Below the pieces are notes generated by a model that was given only the letters and a program-made list of their open reading frames with translations, ran no database searches and was not told the DNA's origin. Position numbers and translations under genes: made by a program. Below are positions 9,469-19,956 of a stretch of DNA of 46,449 bases, piece after piece. Each line of letters opens with the position of its first letter. Within the stretch, counting starts at the first letter, position 1. The stretch lies in assembly GCA_018821365.1 (NCBI GenBank), contig JAHJML010000003.1, forward strand, positions 1-46,449. The letters are read 5' to 3'. Source of the DNA: Actinomycetota bacterium (GTDB taxonomy: Bacteria > Actinomycetota > Acidimicrobiia > Spongiisociales > UBA11373).

Positions 9469-11333
9469 TCAGGCCGAACGAGGGATCGCTTCGGCGATGA
9501 CCACCCGGTTCCGCCCCGCGCTCTTGGCCTGGTAGAGCGCTCGATCGGCAGCGAGGATCAGGTCCTCGAGGGATCCGCCGTGATCCGGGAGGCCGCAATG
9601 CCGGCCGAAAGGGTGATGTGGCCGAGTTCCCGATCGGCGTGCCTGAGGCTCACCTCCGCCAGGGCCTCCCGAATCTGCTCGGCGCGCTGGGCAGACTGCT
9701 CGAGCGTCGCATCCGGGAGGATCACCGCAAACTCCTCGCCCCCGTAGCGACACGGGATGTCCTCGGCCCTGACCAGGGTTCGCAGCAGCCTTCCGAGGGC
9801 GCTCAGGGCAGCATCCCCCGCCCGATGGCCGTAGGTGTCGTTGAACTCCTTGAAGTGATCGAGGTCGAGCATGATCACACCCAGCGAAGTGCCGCGTCGT
9901 TCGGCGCGAGCCATCTCCCGTTCGAGGGACTCCTCGAGGTACCGGCGATTGAAGAGGCCGGTGATCGGGTCCCGAATCGACTGGGTCTGCAGCGTGTCGC
10001 GCAGCCGGAGGTTGGCGAGCGCCAGGGCGAGGTGGTCGGCGAAGGTGGCCGACAGTTGGTGAACCCGGGGCCAGGCATCCATCCACGACGGCCCGGCATC
10101 CGAGGACACCATGGTCAGCACACCGAGGTTCTCCCCCTGGGCGAGGAGCGGCAGGCACATCGACTGTCGGGGATCCACCGACTCCAGGTGCGGGCAGATC
10201 ACCCGCACCGCGTCGTCACCGAGGAAGTGGGGCTTGCCGCGGCGGAGCGCCCAGCAATCGGCCGGGTCGAAGACTGCAGCCCCCACCTCGCCGGCCCCCC
10301 AGACAACGACGTTCTCTGCGAGGTTGCGGGATTGGTTGATGAGGCCCACCGCTCCCACCCCCCTCGAGAACAGACGGCCGGCAAACGATGCGATCACCCG
10401 ATGGGCCTCGGCGGCGCCCTGAGAGGCCTGGAGCATCTCGCCCATCTCGCTGATCAGATCGGCCTCCTGCCCGAGCGCCTGGAGATCCTGGACCCGGCTC
10501 TCGAGCATCTGGTTGGCCTGCACCAGTTCGCCCTGGATTCGATGGTGCTCGCTCATGTCGATGATGGTCGCCGAGACGTGCACCCCGTCCCTGCCGGGGA
10601 GGGACGACAACCCGACGGCGGCGGGGAATCGAGTGCCGTCACGCCGCTGGCCGGTCAGGTTGCGATCCACTTGCAGCTGCCTCGTGCCGGCATTCCTCAT
10701 GAATTCGTCCCGCATGCGCACATGGGCCTCGCGGAACTCCTCCGGGATCAGGATCTCGATCGACTGGCCGAACAGTTGCTCCTGGGGGTAGCCGAACAAC
10801 TTCTCGGTCATCTGGTTGGCGAGGGAGATCGTTCCCTCACTGTCGATGATGACGATCCCGTTCGGGGCCGTCTCCACCAGCGTCCTGAACCACTCCTCCG
10901 ATCGCTGCAACCCCTGCTCCTTGAGCCTGCTGCGGGTGATGTCCCGGCCCACGATGTAGACCTGCTGCTCGGAGACATGGGCGGTCGCAGTCCAACTGAT
11001 CCACCGATGGGAACCATCCTTGTGGACGAGCCGATTGGCGAACTGGATGATCTCGCCGCCCGCTTCGATCCCCGAGAACGCCCCGACTGCCTCGTCCCGG
11101 TCGTCGGGATGGACGAGTTCGGAGAACCGGAGGGCGTAGATCTCATCGAGTGGGTAGCCCGTGGTCGTCTCCCAAGCCCGGTTCACCAGGCGGTGTCGGC
11201 CGTCGAAGCCGGTGATCGAGAGCAGGTCGGGTGACAGTTCGAAGAAGGCCGAAGGGTCCGGCGCGGTGGGTACCCGCCCGGGGGTGGGGCGGCGGGTGAA
11301 GGCAGCGATGTCGATGTTCGTCAGTTCGGTCAC
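9469..11333 (-). pseudogene. PAS-PAS-GAF-GGDEF diguanylate cyclase with a 1-nt frameshift near 9590
   Basis: Two PAS domains, a GAF-like region, 'IRDPITGLFNRR', 'DLDHFKEFND', RxxD (RAED) and RYGGEEF. The conserved tail 'PDHG...AADRALYQAKSAGRNRV' lies in another frame ending at 9469. Likely start GTG 11333 after AAGGA. Confidence 0.85.
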
Positions 11334-11414
11334 GGGCCTGTCCTTGCCGGAGAGGGCGGCAGACACCAGGAGTCTGTATCGGCTCCTTCGGCGATTCCTT
11401 GAACCTCGCCGGAT

Positions 11415-11702
11415 GTGTTCTCCCCCGCTTGCGGGGGAGACGCCCCCGCAGGGGGCAGAGGGTTACGAAGTGTTCTCCCCCGCTTGCGGGGGAGATGCCC
11501 CCGCAGGAGGCAGAGGGGGAGCACAAGCCTTCTGGTGGCGCGCCGTGTTCTCCCCCGCTTGCGGGGGAGATGCCCCCGCAGGGGGCAGAGGGAGAGCACA
11601 AGCCCCCTGGTAGCGCGCCGTGCGCGCCTCTGGATGAGCACCGCCCCCCTCTGGCCCCGGCCTGTTCGGCCGGGCCCATCTCCCCCGCTACGCGGGAGAG
11701 AG
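11415..11702. repeat. Cluster of REP-like double-hairpin elements (three minus-oriented, one plus-oriented)
   Basis: GTGTTCTCCCCCGCTTGCGGGGGAGA units start at 11415, 11470 and 11545; an inverted related unit lies at about 11643-11701. Confidence 0.9.
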
Positions 11703-11711
11703 AAGAGCCGC

Positions 11712-13133
11712 CTACAGGTCGTAGTAGAGCTTGAACTCCCACGGATGGGGGCGGAGACGGATCGCATCGACCTCGTGGCGGCGCTTGTAGGCGATCCAGT
11801 CTTCGATCAACTCCTCGGTGAAGACCCCGCCGGACAACAGGAACTCATGATCGGCCTCGAGGGCGTCGAGCGCCTCCTCCAGCGATCCGGGCACCGACGG
11901 CACCTTGGCCAACTCGGCGGGCGGCAGATCGTAGAGATCCTTGTCGACCGGGGCGCCCGGGTCCAGGCCGTTGGCGATCCCATCCAGACCGGCCAGCAGC
12001 ATCGAGGCGAAGGCCAGGTAGGGGTTGGCGGAGGGGTCTGGGCAGCGGAACTCGGGCCTCTTGGCGCCCGGTTTCTGCGAGTAGGTGGGGATCCGCACCG
12101 CCGCCGAGCGGTTGCGCTGGCTGTAGACGAGATTGACCGGCGCCTCGTAGCCGGGCACCAGGCGCCGGTACGAGTTGGTGGTCGGGGCGGCGAAGGCCAG
12201 CAGCGCCGGGGCGTGAGCCAGCAACCCGGCGATGTACGACCTCGCCAGGTCGGAGAGGCCCGCATAGCCGGACTCGTCGTAGAACAACGGCTTGCCCCCG
12301 CTCCACAGGCTCTGGTGGACGTGCATGCCTGAGCCGTTGTCCTCGAAGATCGGCTTGGGCATGAAGGTGACCGTCTTGCCGGCCGCCCAGGCGGTGCTCT
12401 TGACGATGTACTTGAACAGAGTCACCCGGTCGGCCGTCTTCAGCATCGTGTCGAAGCGGATGTCGATCTCGGACTGTCCGGCCGTGCCCACCTCGTGGTG
12501 CTGCACCTCGACGGGGATGCCGGCCTCGATGAGCCGCTTGGTCATCTCGGAACGCAGGTCCTGGAAGTGGTCGGTGGGCGGGACCGGGAAGTAGCCCTGC
12601 TTGTAGCCGGGCTTGTAGGCCAGGTTGCCGCCCTCCTCGTCCCTTCCGGAGTTCCAAGCCCCCTCGATGGAGTCGATCTCGTAGTAGGCCGAGAACTGGT
12701 TCTGATCGAACCGGGCAGAGTCGAAGATGTAGAACTCGGCCTCAGGGCCCCAGTAGGAGAGGTCGGCGATCCCGGTGGTCTTCAGGTAGGCCTCGGCCTT
12801 CTGTGCCACGTAGCGGGGATCCTTGTCGTAGGGCTGGCGGGTGAGGGGGTCCTTGACGAAGCAGTAGAGGATCATCGTCTTGTGGTCCCGGAAGGGGTCT
12901 TCCACCGCCGTGTCGGGGTCGGGAACCAAGATCATGTCCGACTCCTGGATCTCCTGGAAGCCCCGAATCGAGGAGCCGTCGAAGCCGTAGCCCTCGTCGA
13001 ACCCCTCCTCGCTGAGTTCCGAGGCGGGGATGGTGAAGTGCTGGACCTGGCCGGGCAGATCGCAGAACCGCAGGTCGACGAAGTCGAACCCGCCCTCATC
13101 GATGAGGGTGAGGACGTCGTGGGGCGAGGCCAT
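11712..13133 (-). CDS. glnA: Glutamine synthetase type I (GSI-beta)
   Basis: '[17 protein letters not shown]', '[12 protein letters not shown]', '[20 protein letters not shown]', '[12 protein letters not shown]', and the adenylylation Tyr motif 'KDLYDLPP'. ATG 13133 after AGGAG. Confidence 0.97.
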   Translation of the reverse strand: MASPHDVLTLIDEGGFDFVDLRFCDLPGQVQHFTIPASELSEEGFDEGYGFDGSSIRGFQEIQESDMILVPDPDTAVEDPFRDHKTMILYCFVKDPLTRQPYDKDPRYVAQKAEAYLKTTGIADLSYWGPEAEFYIFDSARFDQNQFSAYYEIDSIEGAWNSGRDEEGGNLAYKPGYKQGYFPVPPTDHFQDLRSEMTKRLIEAGIPVEVQHHEVGTAGQSEIDIRFDTMLKTADRVTLFKYIVKSTAWAAGKTVTFMPKPIFEDNGSGMHVHQSLWSGGKPLFYDESGYAGLSDLARSYIAGLLAHAPALLAFAAPTTNSYRRLVPGYEAPVNLVYSQRNRSAAVRIPTYSQKPGAKRPEFRCPDPSANPYLAFASMLLAGLDGIANGLDPGAPVDKDLYDLPPAELAKVPSVPGSLEEALDALEADHEFLLSGGVFTEELIEDWIAYKRRHEVDAIRLRPHPWEFKLYYDL

Positions 13134-13177
13134 GGGGAAACTCCTGTTCGGTGTCACGTCGTTTCTACCCGATGGCG

Positions 13178-13215
13178 GTTTCCCGACGATTGCCGCCGTG
13201 TGAACAGTGTGTTTC
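13178..13215 (-). promoter_or_regulatory. Putative GlnR-box array in the glnA/glnA2 divergent promoter
   Basis: Minus strand reads GAAAC-n6-TTCAC-n6-GCAAT-n6-GAAAC, the 11-bp periodicity of the actinobacterial GlnR gTnAc-n6-GaAAc motif. Confidence 0.7.
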
Positions 13216-13278
13216 GGACCCGGTTGCACCTTCCCGGCGGAGGAGGCCTCCCGTACCATGGGCGGCCGGAGGTCATCC

Positions 13279-14607
13279 ATGGCGAAACAAGAAGACTATG
13301 TGCTGCGCACCGTCGAGGAACGGGGCATCCGGTTCATCCGGCTCTGGTTCACCGACGTCCTCGGCTACCTGAAGTCGTTTGCGATCACCCCCGCCGAACT
13401 CGAGACGGCCTTCGAGGAGGGGATGCAGTTCGACGGGTCGGCCATCGACGGGTTCTCCCGGGTCCAGGAGGCCGACATGCTGGCCCGCCCCGATCCGACC
13501 ACCTTTCAGATTCTTCCGTGGAAGGGCGAGCACGCCGGGGTGGCCCGGATGTTCTGCAACCTGGTCACCCCCGACGGCGAGGCCTTCGAGGGCGACCCCC
13601 GCTCGGTGCTGGCCCGCAACCTGCGGCGTGCCGCCGGACTGGGCTTCACCTTCTTCGTCGGGCCCGAGGTGGAGTACTTCTACTTCCAGGACTCCGGCCC
13701 CGAACCCCAGGTGCTCGACCGGGGCGGCTACTTCGACCTGACCCCGCTCGACATCGCCCAGGAGTACCGGCACCGCACCATCACCGCCCTGGAGAACCTT
13801 GGGATCCCGGTGGAACTGTCCCACCACGAGGTCTCCCCCAGCCAGCACGAGTTGGACCTGCGCTACACCGACGCCCTCAGCATGGCCGACAACCTGATGA
13901 CCACCCGCCTGGCCGTCAAGCAGGTCGCCATGGAGGCGGGCATCTACGCCACCTTCATGCCCAAGCCCCTCGAGGGAGTCGACGGCTCCGGCCTCCACCT
14001 GCACCTTTCGCTGTTCGAGGGTGATCGGAACGCCTTCTACGAGGCGGGCGGCGAGTACGGCCTCTCCACGGTCGGGCGCGGCTTCATCGCCGGATTGCTC
14101 ACCCACGCCAGGGAGATCACCGCCGTCACCAACCAGTGGGTCAACTCCTACAAGCGGTTGGTCTCCGGTTTCGACGCCCCCACCTCGGTGGCGTGGGCCC
14201 GCAACAACCAGTCGGCTCTGGTGCGGGTGCCGACCCCCAAGAGCGGCAAACCGACCAGCACCCGCATCGAGTACCGCTCCCCCGACGGAGCCTGCAATCC
14301 GTATCTGACGTTCTCGGTGATCCTGGCCGCCGGCCTGGCCGGCGTCGAAGGCGGCTATCAGTTGCCCGCCGAGATCCCCACCGACATCGGCGCTCTCACC
14401 CGTCAGGAGCGGGCGGCGGCCGGGATCCGGCGCCTCCCCGACAACCTGGCCGAGGCGCTCGACGTGATGGAGGAGTCCGAATTGGTGGCCGAAGCCCTCG
14501 GCGAGCACACCTTCGAGTGGTTTCTCCGCAACAAACGGCAAGAATGGGCCCGGTACCAGCGCCATGTTTCGCGCTACGAACTGAGCGAATACCTGCCGAT
14601 CCTGTGA
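13279..14607 (+). CDS. glnA2: Glutamine synthetase-like protein, actinobacterial GlnA2 type
   Basis: N-terminus '[33 protein letters not shown]' is characteristic of GlnA2; also 'FDGSAIDGF', 'TFMPKP', '[15 protein letters not shown]'. GGAGG RBS. Confidence 0.9.
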   Translation: MAKQEDYVLRTVEERGIRFIRLWFTDVLGYLKSFAITPAELETAFEEGMQFDGSAIDGFSRVQEADMLARPDPTTFQILPWKGEHAGVARMFCNLVTPDGEAFEGDPRSVLARNLRRAAGLGFTFFVGPEVEYFYFQDSGPEPQVLDRGGYFDLTPLDIAQEYRHRTITALENLGIPVELSHHEVSPSQHELDLRYTDALSMADNLMTTRLAVKQVAMEAGIYATFMPKPLEGVDGSGLHLHLSLFEGDRNAFYEAGGEYGLSTVGRGFIAGLLTHAREITAVTNQWVNSYKRLVSGFDAPTSVAWARNNQSALVRVPTPKSGKPTSTRIEYRSPDGACNPYLTFSVILAAGLAGVEGGYQLPAEIPTDIGALTRQERAAAGIRRLPDNLAEALDVMEESELVAEALGEHTFEWFLRNKRQEWARYQRHVSRYELSEYLPIL

Positions 14608-14609
14608 CC

Positions 14610-15260
14610 ATGTACATTGCCGTCCACCCCGACCGGCCGTCACCCTCGCTCATCGAGGGTCTGCTGAGCGCCGGGTTCCGCCCGATCCCGGTGGTCGACG
14701 TCGCCGCCCTCGCCGAGCAGGAACCGGAGGACGGCTGGGCGGCCCTGGTGGTCGAGTTGGGCGAGGACCCGGCCCCATCGTTGGCCCTGGCCCGCCGCGC
14801 CAGGGAGGCAATGGACCTGCCGACCCTGGTGGTGGCCAGTCGGGCCCTGACCGCTTCGCTCCCCGACGGCGCCGAGTTCGACGACTTCGTCCTCACCCCC
14901 ATCGACCACCACGAACTGAGCTTGCGGGTGCGACGGATGGCATCCCGCCCCGCCGGCATCCCCGCCGACGAGCGGATCGACTTCAAGGACCTCACTCTGA
15001 ACCTCGCCACCTACCAGGCGACACTGGGGAGCAACCCCCTCGACCTCACCTACATGGAGTACGAGTTGCTGCGCTTCTTCGTCACCCACCCGGTCAGGGT
15101 GTGGAGCCGGGAGCAGTTGCTGGAGCGGGTGTGGGGGTACGACTACTTCGGCGGCGCCAGGACCGTCGACGTCCACGTTCGCCGTCTGCGGGCCAAACTC
15201 GGGGAGGAGCGGGCGTCGTGGATCACCACCGTCCGCTCGGTCGGCTACCGCTTCGGGTAG
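14610..15260 (+). CDS. glnR: GlnR-like OmpR-family nitrogen regulator
   Basis: wHTH 'LDLTYMEYELL...VWGYDYFGGARTVDVHVRRLRAKLG...TVRSVGYRF' matches GlnR; atypical receiver domain; starts 2 nt after the glnA2 stop. Confidence 0.85.
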   Translation: MYIAVHPDRPSPSLIEGLLSAGFRPIPVVDVAALAEQEPEDGWAALVVELGEDPAPSLALARRAREAMDLPTLVVASRALTASLPDGAEFDDFVLTPIDHHELSLRVRRMASRPAGIPADERIDFKDLTLNLATYQATLGSNPLDLTYMEYELLRFFVTHPVRVWSREQLLERVWGYDYFGGARTVDVHVRRLRAKLGEERASWITTVRSVGYRFG

Positions 15261-15280
15261 GCCTCGCCGGCCCGCTCGGG

Positions 15281-15976
15281 GTGGTTGCGGCGATCCTGCT
15301 GACCGGGTGCGGGGGAGGAGCGGCCCTGGAGATCACCACGATCCCGGCGACCGCCACCACAACGACATCGACGACCCCTACCACGACCACCACCACGGTT
15401 CCTGCCACCAGCACCACGACGTCGACGACGACGTCGACCACCAGCACCAGCACCACCACGACCACCATGCCCCGCGAGGCGTGGCAGGTCGACGGCCGGG
15501 CCTACTACTTCCCGATCCAGCCGCCCGAGGTAGCCGCCTACAGCGGCAGCCATCACGACTACCCGGCCACCGACATCTTCGCCCCCTCCGGGTCGACCGT
15601 GGTGGCGGTGACCAACGGGGTGGTCGACGAGTTGCGGCGCGACGACCCTTGGGATCCGGCCGCCGACGACCCCGCCGAGCGGGGCGGACGGTTCGTCAGC
15701 ATCATCGGCGACGACGAGGTGCGCTACTACTGCTCGCACCTGGAATCGGTTGCCGAGGGCCTCAGCGAAGGCGACCGGGTGGTAGCGGGCCAGGTGCTCG
15801 GAGCGATCGGCAACAGCGGCAACGCCGCCACCACCAGCCCCCACTGCCACTTCGGGATCTCCCGACCCACCGGACCAGGCGACTGGGAAGTCCGCCGCGG
15901 CGAGGTGGGGCCCTATGACTATCTGCAGGCCTGGACGAGGGGAGAGGACCTCACCCCGGTGCTCCCCGAGGGGTAG
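15281..15976 (+). CDS. M23 family peptidase, probable lipoprotein with Thr-rich linker
   Basis: Lipobox 'LLTGC', poly-Thr linker, 'HHDYPATDIFA', 'YYCSHL', 'GNSGNA...PHCHFG'. Start codon uncertain. Confidence 0.85.
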   Translation: MVAAILLTGCGGGAALEITTIPATATTTTSTTPTTTTTTVPATSTTTSTTTSTTSTSTTTTTMPREAWQVDGRAYYFPIQPPEVAAYSGSHHDYPATDIFAPSGSTVVAVTNGVVDELRRDDPWDPAADDPAERGGRFVSIIGDDEVRYYCSHLESVAEGLSEGDRVVAGQVLGAIGNSGNAATTSPHCHFGISRPTGPGDWEVRRGEVGPYDYLQAWTRGEDLTPVLPEG

Positions 15977-15981
15977 GCGGA

Positions 15982-16818
15982 CTACGCCCCAGCCGCCAGG
16001 ACCAGCAGCGCGTCGATCCCGGCCCGCAAGGCCGGCCAGTGCTCGGCAGCGGTGCGGAGGCGGCTCATCTCGACGGTCACCACCCCGATGCCGAGCGTCT
16101 TCCCGTAGTAGGTGCCCAGCGACCCCGGCGTCGGATACGGCACTTCCGGCTCGACGCGCCACTCCGAGTCGATGACGCCCGCCGCGGCGGCGAAGGCCTC
16201 CGCATACCGCTCCGCCGGTCCGTCGTAGTTGGCAAACGGGCCGTTCCATTCGCAATGGAGGGTCACGATCAGATCAGGGGCGAACGCGGCGATGTCGGCG
16301 AACAGGGCGGCACTCTCCGGTTCCGACAGCGGGTATTCGCCGTGCTCGCCGCCCGGTTCGAAGTCGTCGGTCGGGAAGCTGCGATTCAGATCGACCCCGG
16401 CCCCGTTGACCCTGGTGGCGGCAACGACCCCGTCCGGGTTGGCGTTGGCGAGGTAGCGGATCGTCACCCCCTCGGGGACCCCGCCCTGCAACCAGTGTTC
16501 TACCAGCAGAGGCCCGGTGTCGACCGCGGCCCTCTCGTCCCCGTGGATCCCCACCATCACGTAGACCCGGGTGGGGCCGTCGCCGAAGGTGGTGGCGAGG
16601 ATGTCGCGGCCCAAACCGGAGACGCCGACGACGGTGTACACCGCTTCGGTGGCGGCGGGAGGGATGGTGGTCGACGCCTGCAGGGTCGTCGAGGGCACAG
16701 AGGCAATCGTCGTCGGCGCGGTCGCCGCAGCGGGCGGGCCATCGTCCCCCACCATGATGGCGACCGCCACCGCCAGACCGGCGATCGCCACCGCCATCAC
16801 CGACAGCGCCCAGCGCAT
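15982..16818 (-). CDS. M14 zinc carboxypeptidase, MpaA (murein peptide amidase)-like
   Basis: N-terminal TM; 'GIHGDE' (HxxE), 'NPDG', 'GVDLNRSFP', 'SEPES', 'TLH', 'TVE'. Confidence 0.85.
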   Translation of the reverse strand: MRWALSVMAVAIAGLAVAVAIMVGDDGPPAAATAPTTIASVPSTTLQASTTIPPAATEAVYTVVGVSGLGRDILATTFGDGPTRVYVMVGIHGDERAAVDTGPLLVEHWLQGGVPEGVTIRYLANANPDGVVAATRVNGAGVDLNRSFPTDDFEPGGEHGEYPLSEPESAALFADIAAFAPDLIVTLHCEWNGPFANYDGPAERYAEAFAAAAGVIDSEWRVEPEVPYPTPGSLGTYYGKTLGIGVVTVEMSRLRTAAEHWPALRAGIDALLVLAAGA

Positions 16819-16980
16819 CCACGCCGGGGCAGGACTCCTGGGTTGGTGACTCAATCGACCTCCGCTCCCGGCCAGCCGACAGTACCAAGGCGACACCGTT
16901 CCCACGCCCCGCCGGGAGGGTGGTGGCGGTCCGCTCCTCTCGGGGACACCCCCCGCCGAGTCAGTGACTCCGCCCGGTGT

Positions 16981-18234
16981 CTACCCGTTCACCCGCCGTC
17001 CGTAGATGACGGTGGATCCGGTAGCGGACCACACGACCAGGAACTCGTGGGCAGCCGAGTTGTAAGCGACGGACGGTTCCTTGTCGTCGTCGCGAGTGCC
17101 GGCCACCCGCTTGTCGGCGCCCATCGGCTGCCCGCTGCCCCTCACCCTCCGGGCGTAGAGCTCGATACCGCGGTCCCCGTAGCCCAGAACCTCCCAGGCC
17201 ACGAGGTATCGGTCGGCAGCGGGGTCGTATGCGAGAACAGGCTGGTGCTCATACTCCTGGGGCGTGGGGTTGCCGCTGACACGGACGTCTCCCCCAAGCG
17301 GCCGACCTCTGGCCTTCACCCGCCGCCCGTAGATGTCGTGCATCGTCGTGGTGTAGTTGCGGAGGTCCTCCCATAGGACCATGTACTGGTTGCGGATCGA
17401 GTTGTAGGCGACGGCCGGTCTCTCGCCGTTCGCCACTCCCGAGTCATCTTCGTTGACCATGAAGTCGCTCCCCGCTGGGATGCCGCTCTTCTTGATTCGC
17501 CTGCCGAACACGTCGTAGGCCCACGGGGTGGGCCCGTTGCGGGAGTCCTTCCAGACGACGAAGTAGTACCCGGTGGCGGTATTGCACACCACTTCGGGCG
17601 AGAACTGGTTGCCGGCGACCGCGTCTCCACTGATGCGAAATGCCCCACCGACCAGGGCACCAGTCGCATTGATGCGCTGCCCGTAGATTGCCCCTGCCCT
17701 CCAGACAACCAGGTACTGGTTGGTGACCGGGTTGTGAGCAACCGCCGGATCACTGGCCACATCGCCGTTGATGCGGAACTCCTTGCCTGCCACCTTCCCG
17801 TTGGCCTTGACCCGCCGTCCGTAGATGTCGTACCCCCCATCGCGTTCGTCCTGCCACACCACCAGGTATTGGTTGGACACGGAGTTGTACGCCACCGCCG
17901 TCGGATACTCCGGTCCGGTAGCGCCGGGTCCGCTGATGCGAAAGTTGACCCCGATGAGCGTCCCATCGCCCTTCATCAGTTGCCCGTAGATGTCGTTCTG
18001 ACGGGTGGCGGAGTTGCGCTGGTCCGACCACACCACCAGGTACTGGTTGTTCCTCGAGTTGTAGGCCACCACCGGGACCTCCACGCCACTGACAACAGCA
18101 AGGTCGGTGATCCGGAACCGCGTCCCTGCAAAGGCGTCGCCCAGTTGAGGGGTGCCCGCTGCCGCCGGCACCAGCGAGGCCAGCAGCACCGCGACCCCCA
18201 CTGCCGTGATGCCGATACCGTTCCGAGTTCCCAT
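16981..18234 (-). CDS. Secreted seven-repeat protein, probable beta-propeller
   Basis: Signal peptide; seven imperfect repeats of 'P.VAYN...YLVVW.D.R...DIYG.RV...G'. Confidence 0.8.
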   Translation of the reverse strand: MGTRNGIGITAVGVAVLLASLVPAAAGTPQLGDAFAGTRFRITDLAVVSGVEVPVVAYNSRNNQYLVVWSDQRNSATRQNDIYGQLMKGDGTLIGVNFRISGPGATGPEYPTAVAYNSVSNQYLVVWQDERDGGYDIYGRRVKANGKVAGKEFRINGDVASDPAVAHNPVTNQYLVVWRAGAIYGQRINATGALVGGAFRISGDAVAGNQFSPEVVCNTATGYYFVVWKDSRNGPTPWAYDVFGRRIKKSGIPAGSDFMVNEDDSGVANGERPAVAYNSIRNQYMVLWEDLRNYTTTMHDIYGRRVKARGRPLGGDVRVSGNPTPQEYEHQPVLAYDPAADRYLVAWEVLGYGDRGIELYARRVRGSGQPMGADKRVAGTRDDDKEPSVAYNSAAHEFLVVWSATGSTVIYGRRVNG

Positions 18235-18301
18235 CCCATGCTCCCGACTTGGAGGACGTTGCCAGCCTACGCCTCCCGGAACGGCCCCCGTCGTCGGGGA
18301 C

Positions 18302-18398
18302 GGCGACTGGGAGGTCCGCCGCGGCGAGGTGTCACACTTCGACTACCTGCAAGGCGTGGACGGGGGGCGAGGACCTCATCCCGGTGCCTTCCGAGGGA
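18302..18398 (+). pseudogene. Degenerate duplicate of the 3' end of the M23 gene (15878-15973)
   Basis: Reads GDWEVRRGEVSHFDYLQ/(+1 shift)AWTGGEDLIPVPSEG versus GDWEVRRGEVGPYDYLQAWTRGEDLTPVLPEG. Confidence 0.85.
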
Positions 18399-18440
18399 CA
18401 AGACAGCACCGCAGCGCCCGGCCCTATGACAATGCCTCTG

Positions 18441-19943
18441 ATGCAGACCCGCCCCGCCGCCACCCCACAGGACCCGTCGAGTCCAGGCACCCACCGACAT
18501 GGGGTGGTCACCCGCCTCCGCCGGGTGACCGTGTGGCAGTGGGGCCTGGTGGTGCTGGTGGCAGTCCACACCTGGTACTTCACCCGGGCCGGGTTGCGCA
18601 TCCACCACGGCCTGGGTACTTCGTCCTACGACTTCGGTCTCTACGACCAGGGCGTGTGGCTGATGTCCCGCCTGAAGGCGCCGTTCGTCACCTTGATGGG
18701 ACGCAACCTGTTCGGCGACCACACGTCGTTCGTGCTGCTACCCCTGGTCCCCTTCTACATGGTGTGGCCCGCCGCCGGGGTCCTGTTCTTCGCACAGTCG
18801 GCCGCCATCGCGGCGGGGGCGATTCCGGTGTTCCTCTACGCCCGGGGCCGCCTGGAGAGTGAAGCGGTGGCGCTGCTGCTGGCCGCCGTGTACCTGGTCC
18901 ACCCCGCCGTGCAGTGGACCAACCTGGAGAACTTCCACCCCGACGCCTTCCTCGGGGTGTTCGTGGGCACGGCCATCTACGCCGCCCTGCAGCGGCGATG
19001 GCGCCTGTACGCCGTGTTCGTGGTGCTGGCGCTGCTGGTCAAGGAGGACGCGGCGCTGGTGGTGGTGCCGCTGGGCATCTGGGTGGCGATGCGCCGCCAC
19101 CGGCGCATCGGCCTGCTCACCGTGGCCGGCGGCATCTCGGCGGTGCTGGCGGCGCTGTTCCTGGTGATCCGCCCCCTGCGGGGCACCGCTTTCCCCAACT
19201 CGTGGCGGTTCCCCTTCGGGGGGATGGGCGGCCTGATGGCCGAGGCCTTCCGCCGCCCCTGGAACGTCCTCCAGCACCTGTGGAGCGGCGACCGCCCCTG
19301 GTACTTGTTCCAGATGGCTGCCCCTCTCCTGGGCGTGTTCACCCGTTTGCCCGACGTGGCCCTCATCGGGTCGCTGGCCCTGGCCTCCAACCTGCTGAGC
19401 ACCTTCACGTTCCAGCACCAGATCGAGTACCACTACTCGCTGGTGGTGGTGCCTGCCCTGGCGCTGGGCACCGTGCACGCCCTGGGGGTGATCCGGGGCC
19501 GGGTTCGGGCGGCCCTACTGGGGGCGATGGCGGTGGCGGCGATCGCCGCTGCCTCGGTGTGGTGGCCGCTGCCGTTCTCGGCCAACGCCCCCGACTACTG
19601 GCCACCCGACCACCCCGCCGCCGTCGACGCCCGCGAGATCCTCGAAGACATCCCCGACGACGCCGTGGTCTCTGCGTTCCACCGCCTCACCGCCCACCTC
19701 GCCCACCGCCAGGAGATCTACGCCTTCCCCTCGCCGTTCCGCACCACCCCCTGGTGGGGCAACGAGGGGGATCTCTCCGGAGTGCGGATCCCCGCTGCCG
19801 ACCGGGTGGAGTACGTGGTACTGCCGGTGGACAAGACCATCGAGGACCTGGCTGGGCCCTGGGCCGAGGTCGAAGACGAGTTCCACCTGGTGCGCACCGT
19901 CGGCCAATGGGAGTTGTACGTACGGGTCCCCGGCGGGGAGTGA
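18441..19943 (+). CDS. DUF2079 polytopic membrane protein (GT-C-like)
   Basis: 'SYDFGLYDQGVW', 'GRNLFGDH', 'ENFHPD', 'LLVKED', 'YHYS'; many TM helices. Start could be 18426, 18432 or 18441. Confidence 0.85.
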   Translation: MQTRPAATPQDPSSPGTHRHGVVTRLRRVTVWQWGLVVLVAVHTWYFTRAGLRIHHGLGTSSYDFGLYDQGVWLMSRLKAPFVTLMGRNLFGDHTSFVLLPLVPFYMVWPAAGVLFFAQSAAIAAGAIPVFLYARGRLESEAVALLLAAVYLVHPAVQWTNLENFHPDAFLGVFVGTAIYAALQRRWRLYAVFVVLALLVKEDAALVVVPLGIWVAMRRHRRIGLLTVAGGISAVLAALFLVIRPLRGTAFPNSWRFPFGGMGGLMAEAFRRPWNVLQHLWSGDRPWYLFQMAAPLLGVFTRLPDVALIGSLALASNLLSTFTFQHQIEYHYSLVVVPALALGTVHALGVIRGRVRAALLGAMAVAAIAAASVWWPLPFSANAPDYWPPDHPAAVDAREILEDIPDDAVVSAFHRLTAHLAHRQEIYAFPSPFRTTPWWGNEGDLSGVRIPAADRVEYVVLPVDKTIEDLAGPWAEVEDEFHLVRTVGQWELYVRVPGGE

Positions 19944-19956
19944 TTCCGTCAGAGGC

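Noticed and set aside
7986-11333. Pterin-controlled c-di-GMP circuit like Agrobacterium PruA-PruR-DcpA
   Set aside because: The cyclase is cytoplasmic PAS/GAF type, no PruR-like protein is present, and proximity alone is insufficient.
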